Source: the human T2T-CHM13v2.0 reference genome, Homo sapiens. Taken from it: 64,000 nucleotides of DNA. A program made the translations under genes and the position numbers. The first letter of the stretch is position 1. The number at the start of each line of letters is the position of its first letter. Positions 13,248-24,421 of this stretch are shown here, in pieces. The stretch lies in the NCBI RefSeq assembly GCF_009914755.1, contig NC_060930.1. The stretch is one strand, 5' to 3'. The notes beneath the pieces were generated by a model. That model searched no databases. It was given only the letters and a program-made list of their open reading frames with translations, and was not told the origin of the DNA.

Positions 13248-14659
13248 TTTGGCTTGACTCTGTCAGAGGGAAGGTCTAGGGCTGAAGGCTGTTTTTCAGA
13301 TTCTTTTGCTCCATGATGTGTTCCCTTGATGTAGTGCTCTCCCACTTTTCCTATGGATGTAGCTTCCTGGGAGCTGAGCTGCAGTGATTGTTATCTCTCT
13401 TCTGGGTTGGCCAGCCAGCAAGTCTGCCAGGCTCTGTGCTGGTACTGGGAGTTGTCTGCACAGAGTCCTGTGATGTGAACTGTCTATTGGTCTCTCAGCC
13501 ATGGATACCAGCACCTGATCCAGTGAAGGTGGCAGTGGGGTGAAATGGACTCTGTAAGGGTTCTTAGCTTTGGTGGTTTAATGTTCTATTTTTGTGCTAG
13601 TTGACCTCCTGCTAGGAGGTAGCGCTTTCCAGAGAGCATCAGCTTTGCTAATATGGAGAGGAACTGGGGTTGAGCAGGGTCCTAGAACTCCCAAGAGTAT
13701 ATGCCCTTTGTGTTCAGCTTCCAGGGTGGGTAGGGAAGGGCCGTCAGGTGGGGGTGGGGCTAGGCGTGTCTGAGCTCAGGCTCTGCTTTGGTGGGTCTTG
13801 CTGTGGCTGCTGTCAGAGTTGGGGGTGAGTTTTCCAGGTCAACAGAGTTGTGTACCTAGGAGGATTATTGCTGCCTTTGCTGAGTCATGCAGGTTGTCAG
13901 GGGAGTAGGGGAAAGCTGGCAGTCACAGGCTTCACCCAGCTCCCACACAATCTGAAGAGCTGGTCTCACTCCCACTGTGCCACCTCCAACAGCACAGAGT
14001 CTGTTTCCAGGCAGCAGGCAAGCAGGGCTTGAGAACTTTCCCCAGGCTACCCGCCTCCCAGCTGTGAAAGAAAAGGACTTTAGTTCTTCCCCCACCTGTG
14101 GAATCTGCTGGCTGGATTCATGCCCTCCAGCAAGTTCTGGCCAGGAGGCTTCTCACCTGGTTCAAATTGTTACAAAGTTCAGCTGGAGACTTCCTTCTCC
14201 CTGTGGCATTTTCCCCATACCTCTGGACACCCTCCTGAAGGATCCCTGTGGTGCCAGGCATGAATGGCCTGCTTGGGGACCCAATGAGTTCCCAGGACCC
14301 TTCCTGCTGCTTCTTCTACCCTTGTATTTTGCTTGGCTGTCTAAATTGACTCAGCTCCAGGTAAGGTCAGAAACTTCTGCAAACCTTCCGTTTCCCCAGT
14401 AGGGGTGTGTGTTCAGGAGCAGAGGATCTCCCTTTTCTACTTCCACAGTTTGGGCACTCACAGTATCTGGGGTGTCTCCCAGGTCGTGCAGGATCACTCT
14501 GCTTCCTTCAGAGGGTCTGTGGGTCCTCTGGGGATTCATGGTTTGTTCTTGCAGTCATTCTGGAGCTAAAATTCACGATGCGAGCCTCCGCATGCCGCTC
14601 TGTCTGAGTAGGAGCTGCAATCTAGTCCTGCCTCTCATCCACCGTGATGATCTCCTTAA

Positions 14660-14746
14660 TTGCTGCTGCTCACCTCCCGCTATGCAGCTCAGTTCCTAAC
14701 AGGACACAGACTGGTACAGATCTGTGGCTTGGGGGTTGGGGACCCA
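14660..14746 (-). mobile_element. MER1 (hAT-Charlie) DNA transposon terminal fragment
   Basis: gctcacctcccgctatgcagctcagttcctaacagg...gggggttggggaccc matches one MER1 end. Confidence 0.8.
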
Positions 14747-14980
14747 CAATTATGGAGGTTGAGAAGTTCCTAGGATCTGCAGACAGCAAGCTGGAGACCT
14801 GTGAGAGCCAGAGATGTAAATTCCAGTCTGAGTTCAAAGTCCTGAGAACCAGGAGAGTTGGTGGCAGTCTCAGAGAGTAGGAGAAAACTGATGTCCCAGC
14901 TTAACTGTCAGTCACAAAGAGAGCGTGAATTATTTCTTCCTCCATGTCTTTGTGCTATTTTGGGCCCCAGTGGCTTTAAT
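14747..14980 (-). mobile_element. MLT2-family LTR fragment
   Basis: attatggaggttgagaagttcc...gcaagctggagacc...cctgagaaccaggagag...ctgatgtcccagct. Confidence 0.75.
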
Positions 14981-15401
14981 ATTTGGAGAAGTGAGCAGGA
15001 TTTAGCTATATGAATTCTTTCTACTTTGCTAAATCAAACACATAATTGCACAAATTCAGATATAGTCTGTTTTTACTTCTAAAAAGTTTTTCAAAGCCAG
15101 GCTTAAGCCATGTATGAATAAGATAAACCTACGTCATTGAACAATCTTCTCAACCCTTTTGAAACGTACATTGTTACCCATGTGAATTAGAAGATTGCCT
15201 GGACAGCTGTAAATTTAGAAAATCATGTTTTAAAATGTTTTTAGAATTTATCTATGAATGTAATAAATGTTGGGCAAGTTTGAAACATTTAACCTCTATT
15301 AATACTTAAATAATTATCATCTCCAGGCTAATTTTTATCACTATATATCTATAACTGTATATACATCTATTTTTATATTAACAATTTTATAAGTGTGTGT
15401 G

Positions 15402-15671
15402 CAGTAGTCCTCTCTTATTCTCAGTTTTGCTTTCCTCACTTTCGTTTTCTGCAGTTTCAGTTACCTGTGGTCAACTGTAGCCTGAAAACATTAAGTGGAA
15501 TGTTTTAGAAATAAACAGTTCTTAAGTTTTAAATTGGATGTCATTCTGAGTAGGGTGATGACATTTAGCAGTTCTCACCTGGGACATGAATCTTCCGTTT
15601 GTCTACAGAATACCATAGTCGCTTAGTAGCCATCTTGTTTATCAGACCAACTGTCTGGGTATCTCAGTGCT
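15402..15671 (+). mobile_element. MER44/Tigger7 (TcMar-Tigger) 5' fragment
   Basis: Starts cagtagtcc and continues gtttcagttacctgtggtcaact...agaaataaacagttcttaagttttaaattg...ttctgagtag. Confidence 0.8.
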
Positions 15672-15879
15672 AAATTAAATTGCTTGACATAAGGTTTGCT
15701 GGAGGAGATCCAGAATTAGACATTAATTATTTTTAGAAATTAGGCTTTGTAACTATAAAATAGTTATATCATTCAAATATATGTACTGATTTTTTCAAAA
15801 TGAGAGCATGCTATAGATGCACGTAATCTTTGCACATACATTAACATTGTCATATTTAATATACATCCAATACTTGTTC

Positions 15880-18480
15880 TAACTTATGAGAACTCAAACA
15901 TTTTTCTTTTATAATTACTGCTTTTCATGTCATGTTTACATTTTTGCATCTATAATATAATGGTGTGTAATATAAAGTTGTATAATGTGTTACACTATGT
16001 AAATATTTATCTCTATATGCCTATAGCACTTACATGGCTTTACTTTTAAATTTAATTTGTGATTCTTTTTAAATTTATTTTTGGGTAGAATAGAGCGGAA
16101 CCTATCTGATTATATTCTATATTGCTCAACAATTGTCCCAACTCCATCATTAAATTATTCTTTTCCTGTGTCAATTTAAGAAGCCATTTTTATCTTGTAC
16201 CGAATTTTTATATATTTGTGTTGCTGTTCTCTCTTTTGAAGGTGCCATACTTTCTTGATTATGATAAATTGAGACTATGCTTTAGAACCTGGAAGGATAA
16301 GTCCTTCCTCATTAGCCTTCCTTTTCATGGTTTTCCTGGGTACCTAGAGAACTTTAAGATAATTTTCATCAATTCACTGAAAAAATATTAGTATTCTGAC
16401 AGAAAATGAATACATTCATAGCTTAATTTTTGGAAGAATTTGTCTTTATAAAGATGTGCCTTTCTCTCTCATAATCTGTGTGTTTTCTACATATTCATTT
16501 TGCTTATATGCTTCTGAGTAAAATATTATAATTTTCTTCATATAGGTGATCTAATTTTCTGTGAAGTTAATTCCTTATTTTTATGTTTCTTGTTACTATT
16601 GTATGTTGCTTTAAGTTTTCTAATTTTGAAAACATTAATTTTTTGGCTTATATGTCCATTTCAATTATTTTATTTTCTATTTTTAATAGCTTCTTAGTTG
16701 GTTTCTTCATCTTTTTTGTAGGTATGTAAATATTTAGATTTTTCCTATATTTTTGTATTTTTCATTGTTCATATTGTATTTTCTTCTCTAATTGCATTGG
16801 CTATCTGATTCAGAATAATCATGTGTGCATTATTTGTGGGAAACATGATTATTATTTTTGGCATTGATGCCACTACCTGGTATTAATGGTCATGTATGCA
16901 ATGTTTAAATAGGAAGTTGGCTAGAAGGGTTGTGATTGATTTTAATATATCAAGTCTTTCTATTCATGTTTTTAAGAGATTTGCCATTGGGAGTGGGTGT
17001 TAAATTTATTTAATGTTTTTTTTTCAATGTATTAAAATTATTTGAGATTTTCTTATTTAACTTAGTCATGATATTTATTTGATTAATAAATTCCCATATG
17101 TTACCTATGTATTCCTGGTATAAATACAAAGAATATTAATTTAAAAATGTACAGCTGGATTTGATTAGTTAATGTTTTATTTAGAGTTTTGATTCCTTAT
17201 ATTCACTATTCACATTAGGATAGATAGATACAGATATAGGCACAGATATAAAAATAATACATATAAATATATAAATATCCATATAATGTTTTAGTATTTA
17301 GACATAGTCTAGTTGAAAGCATGGCCACCATCAGCTCTTTAGACTCATTTCTCTATTGTTAAAAACGAACTGACTTTCTTTTTTTTTTTAATTCCTCTGC
17401 AAAACCCTTGAAGAAAGATTCTCGTTGGTCACTTTGAGACCAACTCACTGTGGTTCGTTATATGCTTGTGAATTGGAAGAAGAGCAGTTCCCCATTGAAG
17501 CAAGGATGCTGGACTATAATTTATATCTTTAATCTCTGTAACAATTTAATTGAATATTAATTGAATTTAAATGCTGATTTGTTTGTAGAAAACTTGAAAC
17601 AGAAGCTTTGGAAATTTCTTTTTTTAAATCTAGGACCTCTGGGGTTGGAAAGTGATGGGAAAGTGGTGGATAGAATATTTCTTTGACAATGTTCTCAATT
17701 TATTTCATTTTTTATTTCAGTTTCAATTTATTTCTTTGACAAGTTCTCACTTTATTTCATTTTTGGGGGATCTATTCATGTTTGAATTAATCATTAAAAT
17801 ATATTTTTTAATTCAGTTTTGTACATATCTCATATTTTAGATGTTATACTCTTTTCATATACAATATCATATGCTCATCTTTCTCTCTTTTGCCTAGTCT
17901 TATCAGCATTTTGCTTATTATACAAGTCTTTACAAAGAAGCATTTCCTGTATTTAGTGTTAATTCTACTATTTTCTGTTCCTCACTTATTAGTTTTTCTT
18001 TTTCTTAATAATTTATTACCTTACTTTACTCAGAATAGTAAATGTATCCTCCATACCTGGGAAGAGAATGCAGACTGTAGAGCACAGTGTATAATTTGTT
18101 TTACATATAGAATACGAATGTTGATGTATATACGTATACCATATTTTGATTCTAATACATATTTTGTTTTCACATTTTAATCTCTTCAATAAAGATTTGC
18201 CTTACAAATGATAGTTTAATTGGCAGCATGTTTACCTCTCTAGTAGAACATAGTAAATGTACATTTATAAATAGTGATATTTTTGATTTGGCGAAACCTG
18301 TATCTGTTAAATTACTTATCAGTAATACTATCATAACTCTTTAAATATAAACTTATGTTTTTATATTTATACCTGATGTGTATATGTTAGTCTATCCATA
18401 ATATTATATTTTTACCAATTTTATACTCACCTAAATTTTTTTTCTGAATGCAAATAGTAGTTATTTTCAGATATTTAATG
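15880..18480 (-). mobile_element. Highly degraded ancient L1 (L1M/L1ME-type) fragments
   Basis: Very T-rich, with decayed antisense ORF2 words (gggagtgggtgttaaatttat, tattcctggtataaat, taattgcattggcta). Boundaries are approximate. Confidence 0.5.
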
Positions 18481-18511
18481 TGACAGAAACTATAGCATTC
18501 ATATATGCATC

Positions 18512-18866
18512 TGATATGGTTTGGCTGTGTCTGCACCTAAATCTCAACTTGAATTGTATCTCCTAGAATTCCCACGTGTTGTGGGAGGGACCCAACGGGA
18601 GATAATTGAATCATGGGGGCTGGTCTTTCCCGTGGTGTTCTCATGATAGTGAATAAATCTCATGAGATCTGATGGGTTTATCAGGGGTTTCCGCTGTTGC
18701 TTCTTCCTCATTTTTCTCTTGCCACTGCCATGTAAGAAGTACCTTTTGCCTCCTGTCCTGGTTCTGAGGCCTCCCCAGCCATATGGAACTATAAGTCCAA
18801 TTAAACCTCTTTTTGTTCCCACTTTGGGGTATGTCTTTATCAGCAGCATGAAAGCGAACTAATACA
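18512..18866 (+). mobile_element. THE1A solo LTR (MaLR)
   Basis: tgatatggtttggctgtgtc...aactaataca, 355 bp, with the THE1A-type gggtttatcaggggtttccgc. Flanks gcatc/gcctt form a decayed 5-bp TSD. Confidence 0.93.
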
Positions 18867-19609
18867 GCCTTTTAAATTTTTAGCTATGATATGGAAGAAA
18901 CTCTAACCAGTTAAGAGAGAGTTCAAATTAAAATTTTAGTGGATAAGGTGAATTAGTTAAAAAAATAATTAACTGCACAGCTTGAAAAAAGTCACCATAT
19001 AGTTGACTAAAAATTGCTGTAAATTTAGTTGTTTAGAAAAAAATTAAATTATTTTTGAATGAAGTATACATTAAAACAAAGAATAAGATAAATTGATCTA
19101 AATTCAAATTTAGTAGAAGTGTTGGAGGCAAAATTGGAAGATATGTCACCAGTTGTCTTTTAGTTCACTATAACATCACTTTCTCAATACGCAAATCATG
19201 CCAGGTACTGAGCTGGGCACTGATGGGGCTGAGATGAAAAAGACAGCTTCCATGTTCTGAAGGAATTATTGTCTAATCCTACATGGGCAGGATCTAAACA
19301 ATACTGGACCATTCTTTGACTTCTATTCTTATGGATTCAATATCAAAAGATATTGAATTATTCTTAGACTTAGTTATAGAACAATAAATTAACTAAAATA
19401 GAATGTATAGTTTCCAGGCCACTGTAACCACTCCATGCTCCACAGAGCGATCACGCAAAATAAGAAATAAATATAAAAATATAACAAACTGAAAGTATAC
19501 TTACACTGGAATATAAAACTTTTTGACCAGGTGTCACAAATGGCTACTGAGAATAATAGACGGTTTCAGAACTTATAAGTTAGCATTTATGGAGCATCTG
19601 CTCTTGGGA

Positions 19610-20515
19610 GCCCTATTCTAGACTTCTCCCCTAGTCATCCACATCTTACAACTGCCTCATCATCCACCTTTTTTCTGACCAATAACCTAGATTCTTTGAT
19701 TCTTCTTATTTTCTCATGGCTTTCATGCAAACCATGAATGAGTCCTACCTTCTGGCTCTACTTTCAAAATATATTCAAAATCTTACCATTTTTAATCACC
19801 TTCACAGTTACTACCTCAATCCAAGGCACTACTACCTCCTGCCTGGTCCATTGCAATACCTCCCAACTTGTCTGTCAGCCTCCACTTTTACAATGCCCAT
19901 TTCCCTCAAAGCAGCCAAAGTAATAGTCTTGAAATACAAGATGGATTACATGACACCCTTGCTCTAACTGTCTGTAAACTTCTTATTCCATAAATATAAA
20001 ATTTAAATATCTTACCACAGTCTATATTGGCTGTACAGGATCTGGCCCTTTTGAACTCTATCTTATACGCATCTGTCCCTCATTCACTTAGCTCCAGCCA
20101 CACCATTCTTCTGAGGTCTTCGAGCTCACAGGGCTCATCACCACCTCACAGCCATTGTACCTTTTGTTTTCTCTGCTTACAACATTCCTCCACCCAGATC
20201 TGCCAATACTTTCTTCAATACAATCAGGTATTTGCTTAAATGTTATTGGTAATTTCTTCTTAAATAGCCATCATCGTTATTTGTTTCTAACTCCTTAATC
20301 TGCTAATATGTTTTTATAACACTTTTTGCTAGCTAAAATTTTCATAGTTGTTTACTTGTTTTATCTTTACTCCAGCTCTACTCTCCACATACATATTCAA
20401 TATAGCTCCATGGGGGCAGGAGACTTATCTCTCTGATTCTCTACTATATTTCTTAAATCTAGCAGAGTAACTGCCACAGAGCAGGCACTCAAGAAATATT
20501 TGATGAGTGAGTGTG
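19610..20515 (+). mobile_element. L2 LINE 3' region (L2a-like)
   Basis: ctactttcaaaatatattc, cctggtccattgcaatacctcc, ctccatgggggcagg and the tail gcaggcactcaagaaatatttgatgagtgagtg. Confidence 0.8.
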
Positions 20516-21169
20516 TGCATTGATTTGGTAAGAAAGAAGAATATGTGGTGATAAAAAGGAGTTAAGCAAAAGTCAAAATATGTGTTGTCAAGGAACTTCA
20601 GGTCTAATCAGAGGGAAAAAAAAAGACACCAATGTAAAATAATATGAAGGACTGCAGATTGAATGCATAATACCTGAGTAAGGCAGAGCAAAGCAGGACA
20701 TTTTATTATGTATATTACATGGGCCATCTGTCTCCCTCCTGTTTCTTTTGCATTTCTCCGTAATGCCTAATATGGTCTCTGCACATAAATGTTGACTATG
20801 ACTAATTGATTATTTTTTAAAGTATGCAAGTACAAGTAAAAAAATAATATTGAAAACAAAACTGAAGTGAAGGCTTGAAATAGCTTCAATTACCTGTGAT
20901 TTAATTTTTCCATACTTAGTCACAAACAAGGATGAATATGTATTGGCTTTTGTTTAGCTGTTGGACATTCATCAAACCAGTTTTTTTTTATGGCATGGTA
21001 CCATCTTTTTAAGACACTAATAGCTAAACATAAATTTATTTAAAGTTTCAATTCCCAATGCTTTACACTTCCATGTCTGTGATTCTTATAAATTTTAGGA
21101 AACTAGGTTACACAGTTTCCTTGAGAATCAACTTTGTTATAAATTGACTATATTCTTAGGACGTAGATG

Positions 21170-21720
21170 AAGAACATACAATTTATTGAGTTGGTTATTG
21201 ATTTAAAAAACTGTTGCTCATTGATTTGGGTAGGCTGGGGTTAAAAATGTAAATAAGATGCAGTCCCAGCTCTCAAGAAGCTTACATTGTACTGATTAAT
21301 TCATCTGATGTTTTTAAACAATTGAGAATTAACAGATTCCCAACGCTGTCCCAGACATTAGGAATGTAATTGTGAAGAAGGCTGTCAAGGTCCCCACAGT
21401 CACAGTACTTAAGGTTTGGGAAATAGATATGGTGCAAATGTCAACAAATGTGATTTTACATAAAGAGAAAGAATAGAACAGAATGAGTGCATTTAACAGA
21501 AGATGACAAATTTGAACCTTCAGGGAAAGCCTGCCCGAGGAGTGACATTGAGATTAGACTCCAAGTGTAAATCTGGGCAAAGGTGAGGGAAGGGGAGAGG
21601 AATGGGCATGCAAACAAATCCCCATAGTACAGTGCAGTTAAGGGCTTTAGTACAAGTAAGGAAGTGAGTATAGAATCTGATGGTTGCAATGAAAAAGGCA
21701 AGATAAACATTACTCTTTGG
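21170..21720 (-). mobile_element. L2 fragments
   Basis: atttattgag, cagtcccagctctcaagaagcttacatt, cagggaaagcctgcccgaggagtgacattgag. Confidence 0.6.
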
Positions 21721-23815
21721 CATCAGCAAAGCTTTACCCAAGAGAAGATACTTCGGTTGCAGGAGTATGGATTTTCCAGAAGGATAAGGGAGTAAATTAG
21801 CAGTTGGAGGGAAGAGCATGTGCACCAGATGAAGATGCTAATACTGGAGGAGAAAGTGAACAAGTGGTGTGACTTAGCCTCACACAAAGTGGACTGGGGG
21901 TGTGAACGGATCTAGGGAGCCTGGCTGGTGGACTTTTGCTTTCCTATCTGCATGTCAGAGACTGTGACATTTAGAAAGATGATTAACGCTTGGGAAGAGT
22001 ACAAGACAGTGTTTGGCCCGCTGATCTGTCCCAAGAGCTGCCTAAGGCGAACTCATAGCATGACAAAGTGCAGTGCTGCAGACCAGGGATTTGCTCTTGC
22101 TTGGATGCCATGCTGGCTGAAAAATGCACACAGTTGCAGGATAGAGAAATGGGCTTTATTGCTTTACACAACGCTGTCCTTGGCTCTGGACATGAAACAG
22201 AGAAGTGGGGCTAATAGGTTTCCAAAATGTTTGGGAAATGAACAAACTATGTTACATAAATGTAGATTACATTGGTGTATAAAAGTGTAGATTAGGTTGT
22301 GTTTTTTAAAAGCATAAGAAATAAACGGGGGCCGTTAATTTTCCCTTTAAGAAAGATATTTATGAAGATGGTTAATAATCTGTTCTGGACTGCTGAAGAA
22401 GCTAGATAATCTTCAGGGGATTTTTTTCCCCACAAATCAAAAAATGTGTATGTATTATGACATCCGGTTTTACACAAATACAGAAAAAATTGAGATGAGA
22501 GAGATTCATAGCAACGAGTTGAATTCTTTAAGGCAGACTTTTTAAAAAAGGGATCTGCGTTAGAGAGGGTTCTTATTGCAGAGGACTGTGATTTTCTTTA
22601 TGGTGGCCTGAGAACATGGATTTACTTGGCTGTTATATACAATTGCTGCCTTCTGTGGCTTTCTAGGCAACAACATTTTTCATATACGCAAAAAGGAGGC
22701 AATTGGATTTGTGAAATGATGTGTTGTTCTGTGTGTTGTTGTTGTTTGATTAGCTGTATGAAAGCTGCCTTCTCATGAGAAGTCTTAATTGTAATAATTC
22801 TTTGGCAGAACTTAGTGGTGCCTTTTAGGCAATGCTACTATTTAAGGCTTTGCTTCTGCCCTAGCCAAGCAGATGTATTTGTTTATATGTCTGATCTAAA
22901 CGGGAAGACAAAAGGGATTCTGCTCACAGCCTTGTACTTCCTCTAATACAAATAAAAAGGGAGGAGAGATGCAAGCAACTGGAGCTCATGGAAATGAGAG
23001 TGGAAATGAAGAAAAACCATGTAGGTGTGAATCAAACTGAGGCAGCTGTGCTTTCCTTTTAAGTGCTGCAACAGCTGTGTGGGGGCTGAAATGAAGCAGA
23101 GGGAGAGCTAGCTGGTGCGCTGTTTTGGGGTGGGTGGTCTCCTCTCTCTGTGTGCCTGAGAGAGAATGGATGTATAATTGTCCTGCCTGTGCAAAGATGC
23201 TACTGACAGGGCACTTTTCAATTCAGGTGCAGCTAAGCACATAGGCATGTCACTGTTGAAAGCTGTGACTGCACAAGGACTAACAGAGGCAGAGGCTGCT
23301 TCTCTCCAAACGTAGATTAAAAGCTTTGAACAGTTGGAAAAGCTTTGAAAGTGGAGGACCTGCAAATTTAGAGCATATAGAATGGAAGAAATGAGACTGA
23401 ATAATGAAGTGGTCCTTTAGGTGGTAAAATGAGGGTGGTGGGACAGGGACTCCAGGGGAGGCTCACACTCCAGAGGAGTAGGCTGGGTAATAGGGGTGGG
23501 ATCTATGGATAGCAGTGGAAAATGAAGAGAGCATTACACTTTTTCTTGACTAAAACACTTGAAAAAGGTGTCATGAATTAAGATTTTTATCTTCTGCTAC
23601 TTCTTAATTCCTTTCCTTTATACTTAATAATGTTATACAATAATGGAAACCTTAAGCAGAAAGCCAAATCCAACAATTACAGTACCAGCAATGACTTTGT
23701 AATTTTGTCTGCTGTTTCTACTCAGTGAAAGAAAGGATGCTATTAGTTGTAATAATTCCTTCAAAATATATTTATTGTTCTTTTAGTCATAGGTTAAGAA
23801 AACAGGTACAAAATT

Positions 23816-23816
<1 letters not shown>

Positions 23817-23850
<34 letters not shown>
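23817..23850 (+). repeat. (CA)17 microsatellite
   Basis: Direct reading of the sequence. Confidence 0.98.
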
Positions 23851-23858
<8 letters not shown>

Positions 23859-24385
23859 CTTACAGAAAAAATGTACCTAGGAACTTTGTCTATCAAACTT
23901 ATTTGATTCTAATTTTGGGTTCTTTATCAAATTCTGTTTGTTAAAACTCATTGTCACAGAAAATAGCTTTACCAAAGAGAACGAATAACACCAATTTTTG
24001 TGTGGCATTTCTCTCAGGGCACTGTCCCTATATGTTGAAAATGGCACTAGAAATCAACAGTGAATTGTAGAATTAGAGTCAGCCAAGTTTGTTTTTCATT
24101 TTTAATTGGTTTGTTGGTTTGCTAACATTAGGGCCAGGGATTCTCCACTTTCATTCTAAATATTTAGTACTTATTGTGAACAGTAAGAAAGGTGGCAGTC
24201 CTCTGTGTCTCATTTGTCATTAGTTTGCAATTAAGCAGGGTCAAATGCTCAAAGATAAATACATATAACTCAGGCTTCTGAAAACTGTTTTTGAAAATGA
24301 ACATATCTTGACAAGCAAAATACATGTTTGTGCATGGATTTCCATTGAATGTGTGCTGAGATTCCTAAAATTGTATATACATTAG

Positions 24386-24388
<3 letters not shown>

Positions 24389-24420
<32 letters not shown>
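24389..24420 (+). repeat. (TG)16 microsatellite
   Basis: Direct reading of the sequence. Confidence 0.98.

Positions 24421-24421
<1 letters not shown>

Larger units (their letters stand above)
7971..14655 (-). mobile_element. Full-length, inactive L1PB-type LINE-1 (L1PB1/2-like 3' end, L1PBa-like 5'UTR)
   Basis: Poly-T tail at ~7971 and the L1PB 3'UTR (aagttctttagtggtgatttg...gcacccatcac). ORF2 and ORF1 fragments are present. The 5' end reads gatcatcacggtggatgagaggcaggactagattgcagctcc on the minus strand. Confidence 0.92.

Noticed and set aside
7971-14655. Active full-length L1
   Set aside because: It is an old L1PB lineage with many stops, frameshifts and microsatellite insertions in both ORFs.
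13296-14699. Cluster of 60-141 aa ORFs, possibly L1 ORF0 or a host gene
   Set aside because: They lie in the GC-richer L1PB 5'UTR where stops are rarer, and they show no recognisable protein similarity or ORF0-like sequence.
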